Origin: Myxococcota bacterium
Lineage (GTDB): Bacteria; Myxococcota_A; UBA9160; SZUA-336
DNA: 64,000 nt
Direction of reading: 5' to 3'
Assembly: GCA_035499075.1 (NCBI GenBank)
Contig: DATJZN010000022.1
Coordinates: 1,240-65,239, forward strand
The position numbers were made by a program, and so were the translations under genes. Position 1 is the stretch's first letter, and every line of letters begins with the position of its first letter. This document shows positions 60,305 through 64,000 of the stretch, piece after piece. The notes under the pieces were generated by a model, which did not search any database, had not been told where the DNA came from, and saw only the letters and a list, made by a program, of their open reading frames with translations.

Positions 60305-61338
60305 TGTCGTTCCTCAGAACGTTGTTCATCCGGGACTCCCTGAGAGAATTGGAAGTGACCAAACCAACAATTCCTCAGGGGAGATCCACGGATGAGGCTT
60401 CATCCTAACGCACGAACGACTCCGCATACGCGGGCGCTGATCGTGGACCGCGTCGAGCGGTTGGGCTGGGCGATTTGCGATGCCGCTCAAGCGGCTGGGG
60501 TGAGCGAGCGGACCGCATACAAGTGGCTGGCTCGAGCTCGTGAAGGCGGTGCCGCTGCGCTGCTCGATCGCAGCTCGAGACCGCGCCATTGCCCCCATCG
60601 CACACCGATCGCCCTGCGCGATCTCGTTGCCGTCCTGCGCCGGCGCCGGCTCACCGCTTGGGAGATCGCTCGCGTCGCTCGGCTGCCGCCTTCGACCGTC
60701 TCGCGGCTGCTGCGCCAGGCCGGCCTGGGTCGCCTCTCTAGCCTCGAGCCGCGTCCCGAGGTGCGCCGCTACGAGCGCGCTCGACCCGGCGAGCTCGTCC
60801 ACGTCGACTCCAAGAAACTCGGCCGGATCCGCGGGGTTGGCCACCGCATCCACGGCGTGCGCAGCCGCCGCGCGCGCGCCGTCGGCTGGGAGTTCCTTCA
60901 CGTCTGCGTCGACGACTACACACGCCTGGCGTACGCCGAGATCCAGCCCGACGACACCGGCGAGACCGTCGCGGCCTTCTTCGCCCGCGCCATCGCCTGG
61001 TTCAAGCAGCGCGGCATCACCGTCGAGCGGGTGCTCTCCGACAACGCCAAGTGTTACGGCTCGATCGTCCTGCGCGAGCTCTGCGAAGCGCACGACATTG
61101 CGCGCCGCTTCACGCGACCGTACACACCGCGCACCAACGGCAAGGTGGAGCGACTGATCCAGACGATGCTGCGCCGCTGGGCCTACGCGGCGCCCTATCG
61201 CTCCTCCTCAGCTCGCGCGGCTGCGCTCTTGCCCTGGCTGCGGCACTACAATCGCGAGCGCCCGCACCGCGCCCTCGGCATGAAACCTCCCATCCAGCGC
61301 CTCAGGGAGTTCCATGAACAACCTGCTTAGGTCCGACA
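60305..61338 (+). mobile_element. IS481-family insertion sequence (1034 bp)
   Basis: Imperfect terminal inverted repeats 60305-60344 and 61301-61338 (TGTCG..CCT.AG.A.GTTGTTCAT...ACTCCCTGAG). Single DDE transposase. 6-bp TSD at an NCTAGN-type target. Confidence 0.88.
60392..61330 (+). CDS. IS481-family DDE transposase
   Basis: 312 aa. N-terminal HTH, integrase core (HVDSKKL, DNAKCY, PYTPRTNGKVER). The stop lies 8 nt inside the right IR. Confidence 0.93.
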   Translation: MRLHPNARTTPHTRALIVDRVERLGWAICDAAQAAGVSERTAYKWLARAREGGAAALLDRSSRPRHCPHRTPIALRDLVAVLRRRRLTAWEIARVARLPPSTVSRLLRQAGLGRLSSLEPRPEVRRYERARPGELVHVDSKKLGRIRGVGHRIHGVRSRRARAVGWEFLHVCVDDYTRLAYAEIQPDDTGETVAAFFARAIAWFKQRGITVERVLSDNAKCYGSIVLRELCEAHDIARRFTRPYTPRTNGKVERLIQTMLRRWAYAAPYRSSSARAAALLPWLRHYNRERPHRALGMKPPIQRLREFHEQPA

Positions 61339-61344
61339 GCTAGC
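61339..61344. repeat. Target-site duplication GCTAGC (right copy)
   Basis: Matches 60299-60304. Confidence 0.8.
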
Positions 61345-62641
61345 GCTTCTTCTTGGTTCTCTCGCGCCACTCGCGCGTGGGATCGTCGTCGGGGTCCGGC
61401 GTCCGCTGCGGCGGGCGCAGCTTCTCCGGGACGTTCGTCAGGTTCACGCGCACGCGCGTCCACGTCGACGAGCGGCCGCGCATCGAATCGACGAGCACGT
61501 CGGCGACACCGAGATGTGACGCCGCCTCGGCGTGGCGCGCCTTCCAGCGCTCGAGCCCTGCCAGCGCGGCGGCCTTGTCGGGCGAGTTCGCCACCGTGAC
61601 GAGCGGCACCTTCGCGCGCGGCTTGCGCGCGGCGCCCTTGCGCCGCGACGGCGAGACGCGCGGCGCCTCGCCCGGTTGCTTCTGGTAGTGAGGCGGCCAT
61701 GGGGCGTCGCCGAGCCCCTCGGCCTCGTCGCGCGCGGCGAGCTCGAGCAGCGCGTCGAGCGAGCCGGCCGAGCGGTCGATGTCCGCGTGCGGATCGCCGC
61801 GCTCCTCGACCCGCCGCGGCACCGTCGCCACCGTGAAGTCCGCGGGCTCGCAGTCGGGCACCTCGGCCCACTCGAGCGGCGTCGAGACGCGCGCGTCGGG
61901 CAGCGGGCGCACCGAGTACGCGGAGCACGTCGTGCGGTCCTTCGCGTTCTGGTTGTAGTCGAGGAACACGCCGCGGCGCTCCTCCTTCCACCACTTCGAG
62001 GTGGCGAGCGCGGGCAGGCGCCGCTCGATCTCGCGCGACAGCGCGAGCGCGGCGCGCCGGACTGCGCCGAACTCCCAGCGTGGCTGGATGCGCACGAGCA
62101 CGTGCATGCCGCGCGAGCCGCTCGTCTTCGGCCAGCCGCGCAGGCCGAGCTCGCCGCAGAGCGCGTTGACCTCGAGCGCCACGCGCCGCACGTCGTCCCA
62201 CGGCACGCCCGGCGTGGGATCGAGGTCGACGCGCAGCTCGTCGGGGTGGTCGAGGTCCGTCGAGCGCACCGGATGCGGGTGCAGCTCGAGGCAGCCCAGG
62301 TTCACGATCCAGGCGAGGCCGGCCGCGTCGTCGACGACCACCTCCTCCGCCGTGCGGCCCGACGGGAACGACAGCACCACGGTGCGCAGCCAGTCGGGCC
62401 GCGCGGCGGGCGCGCGCTTCTGGTAGAACGCCTCGCCCTCGGCGCCGTTCACGAAGCGCTTCAGCACCACCGGCCGGTCGCGGATGCCGCGCAGCGCGCC
62501 GTCGGCCACGGCCAGGTAGTACTGCACGAGCTCGAGCTTCGTGAGCCGCGCCTGCGCCGAGAAGAACGGCTTCGACGGGTGCGAGACGCGCACCTCGCGG
62601 CCCGCGATCTGGAGGAGCGCGGGCGCCTCTTCCTTGGCCAT
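61340..62641 (-). CDS. Stand-alone LigD-polymerase-like primase-polymerase (AEP, Prim-PolC/PolD-type) with C-terminal extension
   Basis: 433 aa. AEP motifs LRVDLDP (DxD), TSGSRGMHV, VFLDYNQN. Followed by an extra C-terminal region of about 130 aa. Confidence 0.9.
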   Translation of the reverse strand: MAKEEAPALLQIAGREVRVSHPSKPFFSAQARLTKLELVQYYLAVADGALRGIRDRPVVLKRFVNGAEGEAFYQKRAPAARPDWLRTVVLSFPSGRTAEEVVVDDAAGLAWIVNLGCLELHPHPVRSTDLDHPDELRVDLDPTPGVPWDDVRRVALEVNALCGELGLRGWPKTSGSRGMHVLVRIQPRWEFGAVRRAALALSREIERRLPALATSKWWKEERRGVFLDYNQNAKDRTTCSAYSVRPLPDARVSTPLEWAEVPDCEPADFTVATVPRRVEERGDPHADIDRSAGSLDALLELAARDEAEGLGDAPWPPHYQKQPGEAPRVSPSRRKGAARKPRAKVPLVTVANSPDKAAALAGLERWKARHAEAASHLGVADVLVDSMRGRSSTWTRVRVNLTNVPEKLRPPQRTPDPDDDPTREWRERTKKKR

Positions 62642-62664
62642 CGAGGCAAGGCTACTCCTGTCGG

Positions 62665-64000
62665 GTGTCGGACACGAAGCAGGACGTCCTCGACATGCTC
62701 CGCGAGCTGGCGGAGCTGACCCAGCTGGAAGAGGCGAACCCGCAGTCCTTTCGCGTGCGCGCCTACGAGAGCGCCGCGCAGGCGATCGCGGCGCAGGCGA
62801 CGGACCTCGGCGTGCTCACCGTGAAGGAGCTCCAGCAGATCGAGGGCATCGGCAAGAGCACCGCCGAGAAGATCCGCGAGCTGCTCCAGACGGGGAAGGT
62901 GCAAAAGCTGGAGGCGCTGCGGGCGAAGCACCCGCCGGGCGTGGTGGCCCTGCTGCGGATCCAGGGGCTCGGGCCGAAGCAGCTGCAGAAGCTGCGCAGC
63001 GAGCTCGGCGTGGCGTCGCTCGACGACCTGCGCCGCGCGCTCGCCGCGCACACCGTGCGCGAGCTGCCCGGCTTCGGCGCGCGCTCGGAGGAGAAGCTCG
63101 GGCAGGCGCTCGCACGGCTCGACGCGCAGGGCTCGGCCGACCGCACCCCCATCTCGGTGGCGCTGCCGCTCGCGGAGCGGATCGCCGCGCGCATGCGCGA
63201 GGTGCCGGGCGTCGTCGAAGCGCACGTATGCGGCTCGCTGCGCCGCTTCTCGGAGACGATCGGCGACGTCGACGTCGTCGTCGCTTCGCGCGACGCCGCT
63301 CCCGTGATGGACGCGCTCGTCGGCATGACGGTCGTCGACCGCGTGATCGGGCGCGGCGAAGCGAAGACGAGCGTCGTCACGCACCGCGGCACGCAGGTCG
63401 ACCTGCGCGTGGTCGAGCCCGAGCAGCTCGGCGCCGCGCTGCTCTACTTCACGGGGTCGAAGGGCCACAACATCAAGCTGCGCCAGCGCGCGCTCGCCCG
63501 CGGCTGGACGCTCAACGAGTACGCGCTGTCGGAGCTCGAAGGCGGGCGCGTGGTGGCGCGCGAGACCGAGGCCGACATCTACGCTGCGCTGGGCCTGCCG
63601 TGGATCCCGCCGGTGCTGCGCGAGGACGCCGGCGAGCTCGACGCCGCCGAGCGCGGCGAGCTGCCCGCGCCGATCAGCGACATCACCGGGGACTTCCACG
63701 TACACACTTCCGTGTCGGGTGACGGGCGCTCGCCGCTGCGCGAAGTCGTCGCGGCCGCGGTGGAGCGCGGCTGCAAGGTGCTGGCGATCACGGACCACGC
63801 GGAGGGCACGCTCTCGGGCGTCGGGCGCGACGCGCTGCTGGCGCAGCGCGAGGAGCTGCGCGCGCTGCAGCGCGAGCTCGGCGCAACGCTCCGGCTCTTG
63901 CACGGCGTCGAGCTGAACATCGGTCCCGCGGGCGAGCTCGACTACGACGCCGAGTTCCGGCGCGGCTTCGACTGGTGCCTGGCTTCGATCCACGACCACT
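62665..64000 (+). CDS. polX: Family X DNA polymerase with PHP domain (3' end outside window)
   Basis: Open frame from GTG 62665 (or ATG 62695) to the window edge; not listed in the track. FRVRAYESAA, HhH IEGIGKSTAEKI and GLGPKQ, GSLRRFSETIGDVDVVV, YFTGSKGHNI, and the start of the PHP domain DFHVHTSVSGDG. Confidence 0.9.
   Translation, partial: MSDTKQDVLDMLRELAELTQLEEANPQSFRVRAYESAAQAIAAQATDLGVLTVKELQQIEGIGKSTAEKIRELLQTGKVQKLEALRAKHPPGVVALLRIQGLGPKQLQKLRSELGVASLDDLRRALAAHTVRELPGFGARSEEKLGQALARLDAQGSADRTPISVALPLAERIAARMREVPGVVEAHVCGSLRRFSETIGDVDVVVASRDAAPVMDALVGMTVVDRVIGRGEAKTSVVTHRGTQVDLRVVEPEQLGAALLYFTGSKGHNIKLRQRALARGWTLNEYALSELEGGRVVARETEADIYAALGLPWIPPVLREDAGELDAAERGELPAPISDITGDFHVHTSVSGDGRSPLREVVAAAVERGCKVLAITDHAEGTLSGVGRDALLAQREELRALQRELGATLRLLHGVELNIGPAGELDYDAEFRRGFDWCLASIHDH

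Noticed and set aside
60326-61093. 255-aa minus-strand ORF inside the IS element.
   Set aside because: It is antisense to the clearly conserved IS481 transposase frame, so it is a GC-content artefact.

Overview
Very GC-rich bacterial chromosomal segment with codon third positions almost all G/C. As a result, most long ORFs in the track are antisense or off-frame artefacts. Gene content is Gram-negative in type (TonB-dependent receptor, PilT, SPOR protein, FtsB, RNAP omega). A bS22-type micro-ORF hints at a Myxococcota/deltaproteobacteria-like lineage, which is inference only.

Layout:
- 1-13.0 kb: end of the S10 operon plus the complete spc and alpha ribosomal operons (rplW' to rplQ, including secY, adk, map and an rpmJ that is missing from the ORF track).
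- 13.0-20.7 kb: TlpA-like redoxin, ftsB, argS, SPOR protein, rmlD-like reductase, UDP-glucuronate decarboxylase-like SDR, lepA, lepB.
- 20.7-27.9 kb: Gram-positive-style pyrR-pyrB-pyrC-carA-carB operon with a PyrR-binding-loop-like hairpin in its leader.
- 27.9-36.7 kb: recG, lipA, aminotransferase-hom-thrC, glpX, ribE.
- 36.7-40.3 kb: KH protein, V4R-PAS histidine kinase, TPR protein, two tiny polybasic ORFs each with its own promoter and terminator, rpoZ.
- 40.3-47.6 kb: minus-strand orphan pilT plus a GAF kinase-like protein whose H-box His is Tyr; a divergent trio of exported or membrane proteins of unknown function; a class V aminotransferase.
- 47.6-54.5 kb: HIT protein, small TM protein, dGTPase-like protein, a 914-aa orphan protein with a roughly 240-aa Arg/Glu/Gly polyampholyte core that overlaps queE, and a tetR-phyH pair.
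- 54.5-59.2 kb: minus-strand operon of hypothetical gene, TonB receptor and thiC.
- 59.2-64.0 kb: LigC-type ligase, an IS481-family element inserted exactly at a CTAG shared-stop junction, a Prim-Pol (AEP) polymerase, and a PolX that is truncated by the window edge.

No rRNA, tRNA or CRISPR array was recognised by eye. Start codons were chosen by eye from overlaps, SD sequences and family N-termini, and several are uncertain by a few codons.
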